A stretch of DNA of 63,313 nt, counting the filler, from Choristocarpus tenellus KU-1152 (lineage: Eukaryota > Protista > Phaeophyceae), in the NCBI GenBank assembly GCA_964200185.2. It is 7 parts of 7 records of this genome, joined end to end, with 100 filler letters (N's around TTAATTAATTAA, not from the genome) between each part and the next. Parts side by side here need not be neighbours in the genome. Positions count along the whole stretch, not along the records: positions 1 to 13,283 come from CAXNAD020001538.1; 6 more parts are not named here. One strand, 5' to 3'. A program made the position numbers and the translations under genes. Shown piece after piece: positions 1-13,383 of the stretch (within the stretch, counting starts at the first letter, position 1; each line of letters begins with the position of its first letter). The notes below the pieces were generated by a model. The model was not told where the DNA came from. It saw nothing but the letters and a program-made list of their open reading frames with translations, and did no database searches.

Positions 1-2614
1 AGAATACAGCATCAATGAGAAATGCTTTGCTTTGCTATACTGGCCAGGCTTCCTCCCACAGCCTTGCATAGAAATGATGGCGGTGATCAATATCCAATTT
101 CCAGGCTGTCCTAGTTGAATGAGAAGAAGTACTGTGTCTATAACTTCTAGTACACATTTGGAGTGAGTGATTAGAGCGGGCATCTTAAGCATGTGTGTGC
201 CTCTTCCTCTCCAAGGCAGCATGGGCCCTCAACTTCATAACCTTGCTTTCTTCTTGGCCATAATTGTCTTTGGGACTTCCATCTATTCCCTCTTTGCATG
301 ATTGGTCACGTTCTTGGCCTCTTGAGCTTCTTGCCAAACTCCTGCAGAATTTGGGGAAGACAATATACACCAGTGACCTGTGGCTGCCTTGTATAAAGTT
401 GATTGAATGCGCGATATTATTTTGTGCACACAAGTGCACTTGTATTGGTAACATTGGTGGATACTTATATCTCTGGCAGATCTGGATGGTGGGATAAATG
501 CGCCACCTGCCGGACTCTCCTCTGGACCTTCAGCTGGGCTTCTGTGGCCTGGGCAATCTCCTGGGCACATGCCTCCGCCTGTTCTCGACAAACAGCCCGC
601 TCCATCTGAACAGTAGACTTCTCTCTCTCCTCCCTGTGTATGCAATCAAATTCGCTGGAAGGATAATGGGGCATCGATGCTGGTGAGTGGAGAGATTTCA
701 GTACAGGTATTGCATGGTGCAGCATGCTGTGGACGAGAGAGAGGTAGCGTATTCTCTGGAAGAGCACTATTGTCATTTAAAGGACTTGTGATATTTGTGT
801 TTGTGCTTACAGATCAGCAGGGCTCTACCATTCCTCAGCCTTATCAGGTGCATGAAATGCGACTGAGAAGGATACACGATACACATTGTCCAACACCCCT
901 CAAAATATACACTGAAGAAGCAGTGACCTATTCTTCTTACTCCTCCTACCAATACCCTCACATCATAGCAGCTTGTTGGATGTGTGTTGTCTCTTCACAC
1001 GCTGCTCCTCCCATTTCCTGAGCCTGCACTAGGTTGCCTTGCAGCTTGTAAAAAGGGCAATTGAAACCTCCTGCAGCTTTTGCTCCTGAATCAAGCATGT
1101 CTCTCATTCCACTGTTGCCACTGCTCTTTTCGCCCTATGCTTCTCCCTGTCCACAGTCTCCCACAGAGCCTTGTCACCTGATTTCACAGCTGCTCTTACT
1201 GCCAGCTCTGATGCTGTGCTCCTGGCATCCATCTCTCTCCTTGCACTGGTGCCTGACGTGGCGAGAATGTCTGTCCGCTGTTCTTTGGCATCTGCCATTG
1301 CAGCGTGGGCTCTTTCTCTCTCCACGCTTTCGGTCTCTTTCCTGGCCTTGGTGGCTGCCTCCTCCGTTAACACTACCAGGCAAGCTGCCAATATCCTTGA
1401 GTCGTCCTTGTTCAGTGCAACAGTGCAAGATCGGTAACATAGAAAAGCGTTGCTTTTTTGTGGCTTACTACTGTCCTTGGATTCTTGTTTCTTCCAGGCA
1501 AGAATCTAATGGTTTTAGGAGAAGGAACACTCAAAGGAAAAATTCAGGTACAACTCCCTCACTGACCAAGAGTACTGCTTGAGCCTTCAATCATATGGCT
1601 AGAGAGAATTACAAACCATCAATCACAGTATGTTGTCCTGCCAACAAGCAGGCAGAGCTAGGCAAGGCTTGAAATTTCTCATTGATAAAGTATCCTTACC
1701 CCATTCACCAATGACAGTGCTGTAGGCAGTCGGACGAGGGGTTGTTCGTACAGAAGTAGGGAGGGAGGGTGCCAAGTTGGCAGGAGTAATGAAGAAACTT
1801 CCCACCCATTGACCACTGATGTACAGGGCAAATATCGAGATGGCCGCGCATCTGCTTGGTCAATCTCTATTGATTCTAGACTTGCAAACCTCCCAATGCT
1901 CATCAGGATGCCAGTTCAGTTGTCTTAGATCTACCACTGGATGTGTGTACTGGAGCGGGGTGTGACCATATTGTCACTGGTCTACTACAATTTTAGTGCT
2001 TCCAATATGTTAAGTTGACTCCCCCATCATAGTGTAAGGCAGTTCGAACAACCTTTTAATACAGGGCACTTGTTGTTTCCCCTCTGGCGATAACAAAATG
2101 TCTCTCATCTTTGCGTAACAAATAAACTGGGTACATGACTCTATTTTCTTATTTCTCAAAACGCACAATAGCATATTTTGCGGGGTCAGTTTCCTCTTCT
2201 GCCAGGTCTACGTTTTTTGTGCTTTCTCCTTCCACACATTGCTGTAGTACTACCGATACAAAACACACCGCACAATTATTTACGTGTCTGACCCCTGACA
2301 AGAAAAATCATCCATTTATGCACCACAACTCTGTAGGTTAGCAACGTTTTACTAGTACAAACGGCACAGAAATCAACAGTTGTGCGTTGTGAACATGCAC
2401 AACTACTTGTTGATACTAGTCTCTTACTGTAGAACATGCATCACTGTTATGTTTGCCTTACATATCAACTCCTATGTCTTGGAACACAGGAAAGTCATCT
2501 GTAGGTACCAAGCACGTCTCAATCTGGAGATACAGACCACTTGAGCCTACAAGTCACAGGTATAGAAAAGTAGGTTCTGCTTGGGTGGCATGGTGATCAT
2601 TCTCGATTGTGCAT

Positions 2615-2868
2615 GACCCAAAGTATCTGGGGGGGGGGGGGGGGGGGGAGCAGGGAGGGTCGCTTTTGATCACACAGAAGNNNNNNNNNNACATCGGGTG
2701 GGGGGGGGGGGGGGGGTGGTCATCACCGAAGTGTCCATTTGGATCAACACTAGGAAAAGTGCACTTTCATTATCCATCCAACGTATGGAACCAAATCAAC
2801 CAAAAATCGAAACATGAAAAATTAGCTCCAAATGGACAGCCACCACACCCCCCCAGGTACTTTGAGCC
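2615..2868 (+). mobile_element. MITE family A copy (contains N gap and low-quality poly-G)
   Basis: Begins GACCCAAAGTATCTGGGG and ends CCCCAGGTACTTTGAGCC. Flanks CAT/CGT fit a 3-bp TSD with one CpG transition. Confidence 0.75.
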
Positions 2869-4920
2869 CGTAGGATTCAATTCCTGCTGGGCTATGCCTT
2901 CTTTTCGTGCCCTGAAACAATCCTGTTTTCTTACGGAATGATTGATAGTTTTATAGATAAGTTGCTTTGTACTCCAGAGAAGAGTTTTCTTCTCCCACCG
3001 TAATGATGATTTGTCCCCCTCAACACAGTAGGTTCTATGTATGTGAGAGCAATATAGAATAATTGTCACAGCCCCAAACGGCAGCGTATAGATGATTCGT
3101 CCCACGCAATGTATGGAATTTGCTGGACACAAGAAACGATTTATAGTCATAGACACGGCATGTACGACTCAAACGATGCATGATTCGCTGTTGGGTAGTA
3201 TTGTTAGGATGATTGATATACAGGAGTCGACTGAGGTTTTCAGTGGCCCAAGATGTGCGATTGTTGGACAATATCGAGCAGTACAGAATTATATAATGTA
3301 CATTGGTTGGTCATCTTGTTCGGCTGGACGAATAATCCTTCGGGTTTGACCTCCTTGCTTGACGACTGATTTACTTGATAGCTTCATTGCTGTTCCTCAC
3401 TCTTTGGGCTGGTGGTTTCTTTGTTCGCCTCACTAGGGGGGTCAAAGTGATCTTTGTATGCAGTGAGTAGGTTGGACAGAGGGAGGGGTACAGGTAGAGT
3501 AGAGATAGGGTATGGTAGGGAACTGTAAGAGAGGAAGATGAATAAGGGGATTAAGTACATGACCACAGTTTGTGCAGCCTGCACGTCCATGCCCATTTCA
3601 GGCCCCCCACCTGGCCATCGGGAGCCCCTGAAAGTACGCAGTACGTATTATACTCCTACAGTGTTCTATCAAGGGTGTTTGCTGCTTACCATTCACAGAT
3701 CAGTGAGATGCTTGCACAGTATTCCTCCCTCCACAATATAATGGTCAAAGGGATCTTCAGGCAGAGGGATCATCAAAGCTTCTGGGGGTGGGAGCCACGA
3801 CCCTGGAAGTTGCTTGCTGCTGACTATTGGAGGGATGCCCCCAGTGTCAAGTACTCTGGATGGGATTGAATCCTCTGTAGTGCTACTCTGTAGTACCTCG
3901 CTGTGTAAGTCTGGGCCACCACTAACTGCCTGTGCCCGTCTGCGGTTGCCTAAGCTGATGCCCCTGCCCAAGAGAACATCAGATAGAAACAATGGGAAAA
4001 TGGCGAGCAAACAACACTGCTGCTTGCCTGTGCAGTGTAGTGTGTGAGGGAACGGGAGGTGGTGACAAAAGTGGTGAGCCCAAGTGAATGAGAGTTGCCC
4101 TAGTTTTGATAGTTCTATACTTTAACCCAGTTTTTCATTCTTTTGCAGTTGTACCAATGCATCTTTTTTGATTAAATTTCCTGTTTGACTTGGGATGGCT
4201 GATTTCTCTATTGTTTGAAAATTTGGACAGAATTAAGAAAATGTATATATGCATATGTTAACAAAAAAAGACCAGCTTTGGACATAATTGTCAGTATCTA
4301 TGGGATGCAGCTCTGGGAACCTCTGACTTACTTTGACTTGGTGGAGTTGTCATGCACTTCCTCTTCAATACAGTCAAAGCCAGCTCAAGTTGAAAAGTGA
4401 AAATGCATTGGTGTGTACACCACCATCTAAGCAATGTGAGAATTTCGGGGCGCTTCAATATTGGTAGAGTCAAGTGTGGTTGTGTTTTGCTTGGAAAAGC
4501 TCTATGTAGTATAAGTTGAGAAACTGAGCATGTAGAAATAGGGGCATTGAGCAGGTTGGTGGGGCCTGAGAGAGCTAAATATGGAATCTAGAGCTGCATT
4601 GATCAGCATGAAGCTCCTGAAGAAAAATGGTCCATATGAACATGGATGGCTCTATCTCAACCAACATTTACTCTAGAGTACAAGAATATTCCTAACTTTG
4701 AGAGAAATGAACAAAATGCGGAGGGGATTCTAGATATCGCCGCCTCACCGACTATACAACCAAGTACCTCTAAAGGTAGTTCTTTTACTGCTCTCAGAGC
4801 ACAGTGTGATACACTGCTACAACCATGTGTACATGCACACACCTCATGAAATGAGTACTTCTCCATATCACATCACTCTGATGAGAAACATCTTATAACA
4901 ACAATTATTTTAAAAAAAAT

Positions 4921-5097
4921 GACCCAAAGTATTTGGGGGGGGAAGGGGGTCTATATCAGGGTGTCCATTTGGACCATAACCAGGAAAGTGCACTATTATT
5001 ATCCATCCAACGTATGGAATCAAATCACCCAAAAATCGCGACATGAAAAAATTGGCACCAAACGGACAGCCGCCACCCTCCCCCAGATAATTGAGCC
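4921..5097 (+). mobile_element. MITE family A, full copy (~180 bp)
   Basis: Terminal inverted repeats (TIRs) GACCCAAAGTATTTGGGG ... CCCCAGATAATTGAGCC, subterminal GTCCATTTGG/CCAAACGGAC, TSD AAT/AAT. Confidence 0.85.
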
Positions 5098-5173
5098 AAT
5101 GGATGAGGAATTATCCCACCCCCATAGATTCCTTGGGCAACCAGTGAAGGGCAAGGGGCATTAGATAGGTACT

Positions 5174-5431
5174 GAGTGAAAGTATCTTAGAGGGTATGAG
5201 TTTTGTCCTGTTTGTCCATTTGGGTCTTGGCTTCCCATGGGTATTTTATGACATTTTCCTACTCTAAAATGTTTCGGAGTAAGTAAAACGTTGATGTTAT
5301 GAAAAGGTGTGCCCAAAAGATAGATATTAACATCTGCTAACGAACATAATCGCCAAAATTACATCAAAATCGCAACATTGAATTTTGACCCCCAAATGGA
5401 CACGGCTCTACCCTCTAAGATATTTTGACTC
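5174..5431 (+). mobile_element. MITE family B, full copy (~258 bp)
   Basis: TIRs GAGTGAAAGTATCTTAGAGGGTA ... TACCCTCTAAGATATTTTGACTC, TSD ACT/ACT, internal ~20-bp hairpin. Confidence 0.88.
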
Positions 5432-8400
5432 ACTGCAATTCTCTCATTGCTCAAGCACTACACAGCGTGCTTTCAGTAGCTGTAGTGCTTGTAGGTACAC
5501 AGGGAGAGCTCTCCTCTTTGCGCTTATCGTCAGCAGTTGAGAACACCAAGGAAGACTAAAAGTGGTCACTCACTTGTTTACAGATGCTAACCTACCTTCC
5601 TAGCCCCCACATTTATCCGACCAAAATCCTAACCTGTATCTTATCGTGTCCATCCCTAACCCTGTCTTTCACATTGCACTTCGGTGTCAACCCCCACCAC
5701 TGACTCCAGAAAGAGGACACCAGGACTACAGTAGAAATTACTATACAGCATAGGGTCGTACCAAGCATGCAACATCTGTAAGGCCTTACCCCACATCCCA
5801 ATAGGTTGGGATGCCTTGGTGGAGATTAGGTACTGGGTATCTCATCAGATTGTTGCCGTCATAGAATGGGTCCTGTCAATTTTCAATGTCAGCAGTGGAA
5901 ACACACAAGGTCATGGGGGTGTACTGAACAGTAAATAGCACAGCACATACGTTGTCAAACAAGACCAACGGCAGTTGTGTAACACACCCACGAGAGGGGA
6001 AGGTGCAGTAAGAGTAAATGAAATGTTAAGGATGGAGGTAGAGGGAAAGAGGTAGAGGTAACAAGGAAGGGTAGGTACCACCTTCCTCAGTGGCATCTAT
6101 TGAGAGTATTGCCTACATTTGGTGTCCGCCTGCCACTTGCCATTGTCAACGCACAACAGTGATAAACATCTGCATGCAGATACCACAGCAAAAAATCACT
6201 TCCATACAGACAGAACGTGCCCATGATCTTACATACACTGCTACAACTAGTAGCTGTTTGAGTCGATGACACAAACGGGGCAACATTATCTCCCAATGTG
6301 TCCAGGCTCACCATAACCAGGTCTTCACTATCATATATACATTACTGCAGTCTCAAGGGGGTGGGGGGGGGGGGAATCATTCTCCAAAGTAGCCTTTACT
6401 TGTGATGGGCGTCTTGGTCAGCATTGGGGAGCTCACTTCCAAGTCTTACTTTGATGCTAAAAATGAAAAATAACTCAGTCAGGTTCCACATGTTGTATGT
6501 ATGTGAGTTGTTGCCCTACTAAGGGAAGTGGTACACGCAGCGATTTTCTGTCTCACACATGTGTACTGAAGCTGTCCGCCCTACAGAAGATCAAATACCT
6601 CTTGCAAGGACACAAAGAAAAGGATGGCAATCATATATATATGCAGAAAGAAGGAGATGATAACAATCACTCCGTATCTGCGTAAGAGTACAATGCATGC
6701 GACAAGAGTTCGAGATTGATGTTGAAAAGGCTGCTGTACTATCCCCATTCCCCTACTCACAACTCATCAGTGGGGTGCGGTGGTGGTACCACAGTGAGGT
6801 ATGTGGATAAGTAAGAGAGGGATGTATTGATCACTGGGTTAACAAGTCTACTACCTAGCAAGCATTGCATGACAAACACTGGATGGCAAACGGTGCAAGA
6901 GTATGCGCTGCAAATGATCCCAGATTGTACATAACCAACAATTTCTACATCATCAATGTTTATCCGAGGTGGGCAAGTGAAGTGGAACCTTGAGGGGGGC
7001 GGTGACGACAACTAAGGACAGCTGAGAGAGAGAGAATGCCTGGGGGGTTGATGGGACAGGACCAGGTGATTATATGAGCGTTCCCTCTCTAACTGGCTGG
7101 ACTATCTGAAAACTAGCTCTCTGTGCACTCTCTGTGATATTTCTCACCTTTTCCCTAGGGCATACTGGTGGGGAACAGGTCGAATTGGAGGGTATCTGAT
7201 ACTCGAAATCGAGGTACTCCTCGTTTCGAACTACCCCTCTCCTCGAGTACCACACCATAATCTCATTGGGGCAGTCCCTCCATTGGCAAGGACAGCCCAG
7301 ACTTGAGCAACACCATGCACTCTGAAGCAACCCCTGCAGCATCCACAGTGTGGAAATGATGGCGAGAAAAAAAGGTTTTGGACAAGAAGAGAGGCTCGAC
7401 ACAAGGTGTTTGTATGTGTATAGTGGTAGTACCGCAGCAGTAACAACACGGGTGCTTGTCTAAAATTGATTTATGGTATGGAGAACGAAAAAAGCACGCA
7501 CAATTTTTTGCTTTTACTCTTCCCCAGAAGTCACGCGAGAAAATCTATCCTGGGTAAGGACCCCCCGTAGAAACGCGAAGACATACATTCAATCACCTTT
7601 CTTCCTCTTCCGTCGCTGCCTATTATGCATAACTTACCCCAACTGTCCGTGATAAGACCCCACCCATCTCAGAACCTCTTCTCCATAGACGTCCATGAGG
7701 AGGATCTATATCCCTTTATCTTCTCCTGTTGTAGATCTTTGTAGGGAGAAACCTCATGGGACCTATAATCACCTGGAAGTTGCGCTCTTCTATTGCGGTA
7801 ATTCCCCAAAGTTGGACCTTAGTTACTCACGAACTCCTTGAATTGACACCTTCGAGTTTCTACCAGCTTCGAAACCGGCTAAGAACGAAAAATGAGATAT
7901 GGACATTGCTGTTCGCAGGGACGAACGTACCTTGTCGAAGTAGGTCTGATCTCCTATTCGTCCAATCCGACTAATCATAGAACTCCATATGTTACCCTTC
8001 AAATTATCAGGAGTATGACAATAATAATACTACATATATGTATTGTTATTTATTTTGTTCTCCAACATTTTGCACACACATTTAAGGGAAAAACTTCGAC
8101 ACAAAAACTATAGTGAAAGGAATAATAATATTGGTATGTACGTAGGATTGATTTGGACATTATAATATGGTTCACTACCACTTCCACTACGACTACTGTT
8201 GCATAACAGAGGGCTGTTATCATTGAAAACAGTTATCCCCTCTTGTAGACTGGTGGGTGCCTTGTTGCTACTTGCTTGAAGAAGGGAAATGAAGGGCAGT
8301 GGGAATGAATGAGTGGGCTGGGAGTGAGGCTGGTTGGGCAAAGAACAGTATGAGAGCAGTGGTGTGTCCTTGGTAGGCTGTACATGGTTGTTGTCCTCCA

Positions 8401-10199
8401 TGGAATCATCGGGAAATTAGTGCTTTTTGGGAGGTGGTATTTTTCATTCGGTTGATGCATTGAATGAATGAATGGGTGTAATATTAATTGGCTTTTTTAG
8501 CCGAAAGAGAAGAGAGGAGTCACACCAAACAGTAGAATAAGAGAAGAAAATGAAGTGTATGGCTGAACACGGTAAAAATATGAATAAGGAAGTTTAGGAA
8601 GGAATTGGAATGGGTTGAGAGGTTCGATGGATTGTTTTGTTGTGATTTATTCACCTTTGAGTGGTACAAGAGGTGGCGGCTTTGATGATGGGTGTTTTCT
8701 TGTCTGAACCAAAGATAATTGGAGATTGAGATCAAGATAGGAAAACATACTTAGAAACACTAGGGTTAGTCACAGAAGTAGTGTTGGTTGGGTGGAACAA
8801 TGTGAGTGTGTGCGCTTGTAGTCCTGCTACAACAAATAAGTTCTTTCGATTGGAATAAAATGGCAACCTATACACTTGCTTCCTTCATCACTTCAATACC
8901 ATTAAATTGCAAGTTGCGCATGCATGCATGTGCTAGTAGTTTTGATATAATATGTAATACGACCAGAAGGAGGAGTGGTTGGCTATCAAAACTCCTTACT
9001 TGCCAGTCTCCAGAAATCACCCTTGGCACCAGTAGTGACCTACTGACGATGACACACACCGGTGACTATCCCTTCTTTGGAAGTATGTATCTGAACTGCT
9101 GCATGTTGATGAAGTAATAATAATGATAGGAAGGAATAATACCTCATTCGTTTTGCACTATTTTTCTTTTTGGTATAGTTTTATTAGTAGTTAGGTACTA
9201 CAAACATTGAAAACTTCTTCTGTGTTAATAAACATAAAATATTTATTTGTTTTAGATATTGTGTAGGTGCGGATAGTCGTTGATCATGACGTCATTTGCA
9301 GATACCGAGGAGATAATTCGATCTCGTAGTCAACAGTGGTACAATCTCCAAGTCTTAAGCAAGAGAGAGTCAATAAAATAGTATGGGAGTAGAAGAGAAG
9401 TCCACGTACTGGGTGCCGCATGCTGATTGGGGTCCACTACTGACTGGGAGGAAGCATTTATAAGCCTGCCAGGTGGTGGGTGTTCTTCTGTGAGTTTGCG
9501 TGGGTAATAGTACCATATATTCTATCTTCTAAGTCCTTTTCGCACAAATCAATTTCCTCCAGCCGTACCATGATACTTTGAGAAGAAGGACGACTATTTG
9601 TCATCCACTACCATACTTTCGTGACGAGTGAGTTCAAGTAAATGATCAACTACGTCAATGCAGTAATCTCTTACTATCTTTTTCAGAAATCGACTCTGTT
9701 CTTGGACGGTTATCTCCTTACATCATATAATAGTACAATAGTACTATAATCAATACCAATACTACGCTGAGCTTGATTGCATTAGCACGATGAAGTCATG
9801 GTATAGAAACCACACCAGCTCTTTTGGCGACAAGATGGAGACTTGGATCACACAAAAGAACAGAACAGCAGGTGGGTGTCAAAAAGGAGCAAAGGGAAGA
9901 ATGATGTTGATGTCATTTTATACTCCAGAGAATTAGCACAATATTGTTGTAGAAAATACCCCCATATTTTTCACACCCTGGACAACAACTTAAAATCAAC
10001 ACTAATGGTGATACCCTGCTACAAAATATTTGACCATGTTGTTCGGACTGTGACGTCCGCTATCCCGCCTGTTACAACATCCGTTACTAGAACAACATTG
10101 AGGGTCCAGTCGTTTGGTAGCGCATCCATTGTTCATGATCAAACTCTTGGTCGAGTAAATTTGATATATATCAATGTCCTTCGTTTACGTAGTACTTAG

Positions 10200-11300
10200 G
10201 CTTGTACCTAACGTCCGTTGCCAGACCAACTTTGACGCAAAGTAAACTAGAGGTACCCAAGTTTTGACCGTTTTGCATTTAATCCAGATTTTTGAACTAT
10301 CAGAATTCACCCGTATCACTAGGATGAAGTGCTAATTTTAACTCGAGGATTTTGATTTGCCTTGATTGCCGAGATGACATCCTCGATCATGAGCTTCTTA
10401 TACCTCTCCCCGTCCACCATGTCTGGCACAAGCATCTTGGTGCCCTTGGGGCATGTGTTTGCTGGGGCGCTGAGGAACCTTGTGTCCACGATTAGTCAGA
10501 TCCCGATTTTTCCAACAAACCACACCCCGTAGGAGAACTCCATAGGGTGGGCCACAGCTACAAGGAGCATCACCTTCATAATGTAACGCTTATTCTGTGC
10601 CCGTGGGGGTCTGGGGGGGTCCTTAGTGGGGTCCAGGTACACACCTTGCCCATCTTTGGGTATGTAAAACCACTTTTCGTCCATATGCACCCCTTCATGT
10701 AGATCGTCCAGTATTACCCCACTTCCCCCCCTCCTGTGCGTGTGACTGATGATGAAACCCACCCTGTTGACTTTCTGCTGGTATGAGAGGATTCACTTTT
10801 CTTGTGCTCACATAAATCCCACAACGAGGCAAGAGAGGCCTCAGTTTTGGCTGCCCATTTGTGGAAGGATGTGGGGTGTACCAATGAGACATCCCAAACG
10901 TCGAGAATACTTCTACAACAGCCACACTGCCCCTTGCAACGTCGTACAAGGTTCATGCATTCACCCAGTGCGATCTGGTTGTCATACTCCTTCAGAGGAT
11001 GGAACACGGTGATTTGGGAAATTCCGAATCCTCTGCAATGGCCGCCGTCATCCCCCAAGCCATCTGAGCCCTCGTGCCTTCTCATCTCCAGGCATTCTGC
11101 CACCATGCTGTTCTTCACCAGGTTGTTTTAATCTGGACCCTAGAACGAGTTCTAGGCCGAAGAATTCGGATAGATGGGCGATGACAGGACGGGTGAGCTA
11201 CTCAAATGACAGGGGGCCTTCGTCCTAGGTATCCCAATAAACGCCCTCTTTGACCGTTTCTCGAGGTCTTCGAACCCCGTCAAATGTGACTTGGTCAACT
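10200..11300 (-). mobile_element. Degenerate Tc1/mariner transposase, plant-type (DD39D-like)
   Basis: VHMDEKWFY...KRYIMKVMLLVAVAHP...WFVGKIGI*...GTKMLVPDMVDGERYKKLMIEDVISAIKA matches the plant-mariner HIDEKWF / KVMFLxAVARP / FDGKIGIWP motifs. Stop, frameshifts and C-terminal truncation are present. Boundaries approximate. Confidence 0.8.
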
Positions 11301-11499
11301 TTGCACTGGTGATCCTCCACAGTCATGACAACTCACCATCTCAAAATTTGCACGCCTCCCAGTCTATATGAGAACTAAGCCTTTTCTAAAGGGTTTGCCA
11401 CGTGGGTTATTCCCAGGCGAGAAAGGAGCTTGCAGCAGTCACGTTACATTTAACCCCGAATGGAGGAAGTACTTGGAGTGATTGATTAGGATTATGTCC

Positions 11500-11502
<3 letters not shown>

Positions 11503-11542
<40 letters not shown>
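11503..11542. repeat. (TA)n microsatellite
   Basis: About 20 TA units. Confidence 0.9.
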
Positions 11543-11547
<5 letters not shown>

Positions 11548-13106
11548 TGTTGGAATGTAGGGTTGTTGAACTGAATGACCTTCTGCAGTTAGTGGTAGAA
11601 TGTACAAGGTTGGTGAATAAAACCAGAAATGACAGTCCATAACTCCGATATTCGACACAATAATAATTTGTTCATGCGGCTGATATGTAGGCAGGGGAGA
11701 TGTTCACATGTAGTTAAGTAGTTACCATTGAGAGGTGAAGATGTAAGGGCGAAGCAAGCAACCTTGTAACCAATAAAACCGCTGTTACTCGGAGGAGAAA
11801 ACCATGGCTTGATCAGGGTCAGAAAAAAAAGGGGAGGGGGGGCAACAAGAGTGAGAGAGGCCCAGCACCATCCTAAACCCCCTTCTCCCAGTGGTTGAAA
11901 ATGATTCCTCGCACTTTGCATGTAGGTTGGTAATCGTGCAATTTGTCAAGAGTTAGACATGACGTGTAGAGAACCAGTTTGTCCTTCCAAGTATAGAGTT
12001 CTATTATACTACTTACAATAAACACAATATATTCCACATTCAAATACTTTGGAGTATTTAAATTCTTGCGCTGGCTCTCCTGTTCATTTAGTTGTTAGAA
12101 GGTGCCACTTACAACAACAATTCCATTGTTGTATTCAAGAAATATAATTATTTATTCTATAGTTACTCCACTACTATACTATAGCAGTCCTTTGCTACAT
12201 TCCACTTCTCATACTAATTGACTAATTGTTGTGTACTACGACTTACCGAACTGACTCCGTTCCTACCTTGATTCTCGCTCATTGAGTTCAGCACCCCCAC
12301 CACTCATCGCTCCGTCTCCTCCCTCGAATCTTGGGTTGGATTCATCTCGAAGTCTCCACCTCGATCTTGTTTCGACTTTTTTTGTGGTATACTCACACAG
12401 GACAGTACACCACCAGGTGTAGAACCCATTGTGCTTCCTATCTATGCGAAAATAGACCATCGAAGCCACATTTCGACGAAATGAAATATGGCGTTGATTC
12501 GGTTTGAAGTGGGAAATTAGTCAATGCGCCTCGATGATGTACGATCTGATGTTGTGGGATTATTGTGGAGCGAACAAAGCAGTTTGAAAACGACCAAGGA
12601 ACCACTATTTGGGGAGGACTGGGGTAGCGTTTGAGTTTCTTATGGACTTGTTTTAGGCACTTGAGTATTGGGACCCCGAAACAAAATTAATGCGGCTGCT
12701 GTCTGCTGGGTAGGTATGTTTGAGTCAAATCAACTGAGAGGTAGGCAGGATTGCATTATAAGGATCTGGAAAAGGGGGGAAAAAAGAGGCAATTTTGTAC
12801 AATTGCAGAAAGAGATTTTACATAATTATGATGTCACTTTGTGTGTGGAAAGGAGGAATATTGATTTTGTGTACACTGTTGTGTACATAGAGCAACGAAC
12901 TAGTGTATTGCACAGGGTAAGATGGCTTGGAATGCAAAACTGTCTGAGCCTTCCTACCTCTCAAAATTGGCTTGGCTCATTGTTTTCGTGTATCATACCA
13001 CACGGCGGTGATCTGTGCGATCTCTTCGCTTTTACATTACTATTGTTGAAGGGTGGGTGCATTTGCTTCCACTCGACGTCGTACATGCAGAGTATGTCTC
13101 GGGGAT

Positions 13107-13283
13107 GGTTCAAAGTATCTGGGGGGGGTGGCGGCTGTCCATTTGGGGTCAATATTCTTATGTCACGGTTTTTGGGTGATTTGCTTGCATATGTCGGATG
13201 GATAATGTAAGTGCACTTTTCCTAGTTATGGGTCAAATGGACACCCTGATGTAGACCCCCCCCCCCACACGACACTTTGGGTC
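13107..13283 (-). mobile_element. MITE family A, full copy, reverse orientation, at contig end
   Basis: GGTTCAAAGTATCTGGGG...GACACTTTGGGTC is the reverse complement of the 4921-5097 copy. Confidence 0.85.
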
Positions 13284-13383
13284 NNNNNNNNNNNNNNNNN
13301 NNNNNNNNNNNNNNNNNNNNNNNNNNNTTAATTAATTAANNNNNNNNNNNNNNNNNNNNNNNNNNNNNNNNNNNNNNNNNNNN
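13284..13383. other. Artificial contig spacer N44-TTAATTAATTAA-N44 (also 18870-18969, 22999-23098, 47756-47855, 52298-52397, 60499-60598)
   Basis: Identical 100-nt structure six times. TTAATTAATTAA gives stops in all six frames. Confidence 0.95.

Larger units (their letters stand above)
185..12429 (-). pseudogene. Large multi-exon pseudogene, C-terminal coiled-coil region, unknown family
   Basis: Exon-like blocks with AG/GT boundaries: ~12247-12429 (MGSTPGGVLSC..., GTAAGT donor), ~6080-6340, ~3690-3965, ~3350-3452, ~1700-1981, ~925-1598 (EEAATKARKETESVERERAHAAMADAKEQR), 507-633 and 185-~342 (ends TAA). In-frame TGA at 12304, 6087, 3693, 3384, 1974, 1860 and 1104, TAG at 1029, and at least one frameshift near 1440-1470. 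Assigning all blocks to one gene is inference. Confidence 0.5.

Noticed and set aside
185-12429. TGA reassignment or U-to-C editing to explain in-frame stops
   Set aside because: The same gene has TAG/TAA stops and a frameshift. Conserved exons of C2CD5, CC2D2A and the JmjC gene contain no in-frame TGA, and C2CD5 and CC2D2A use CGA normally.
13328-13339. Recurrent palindrome TTAATTAATTAA
   Set aside because: It is always centred in 100-nt N blocks, so it is an assembly linker and not biology.
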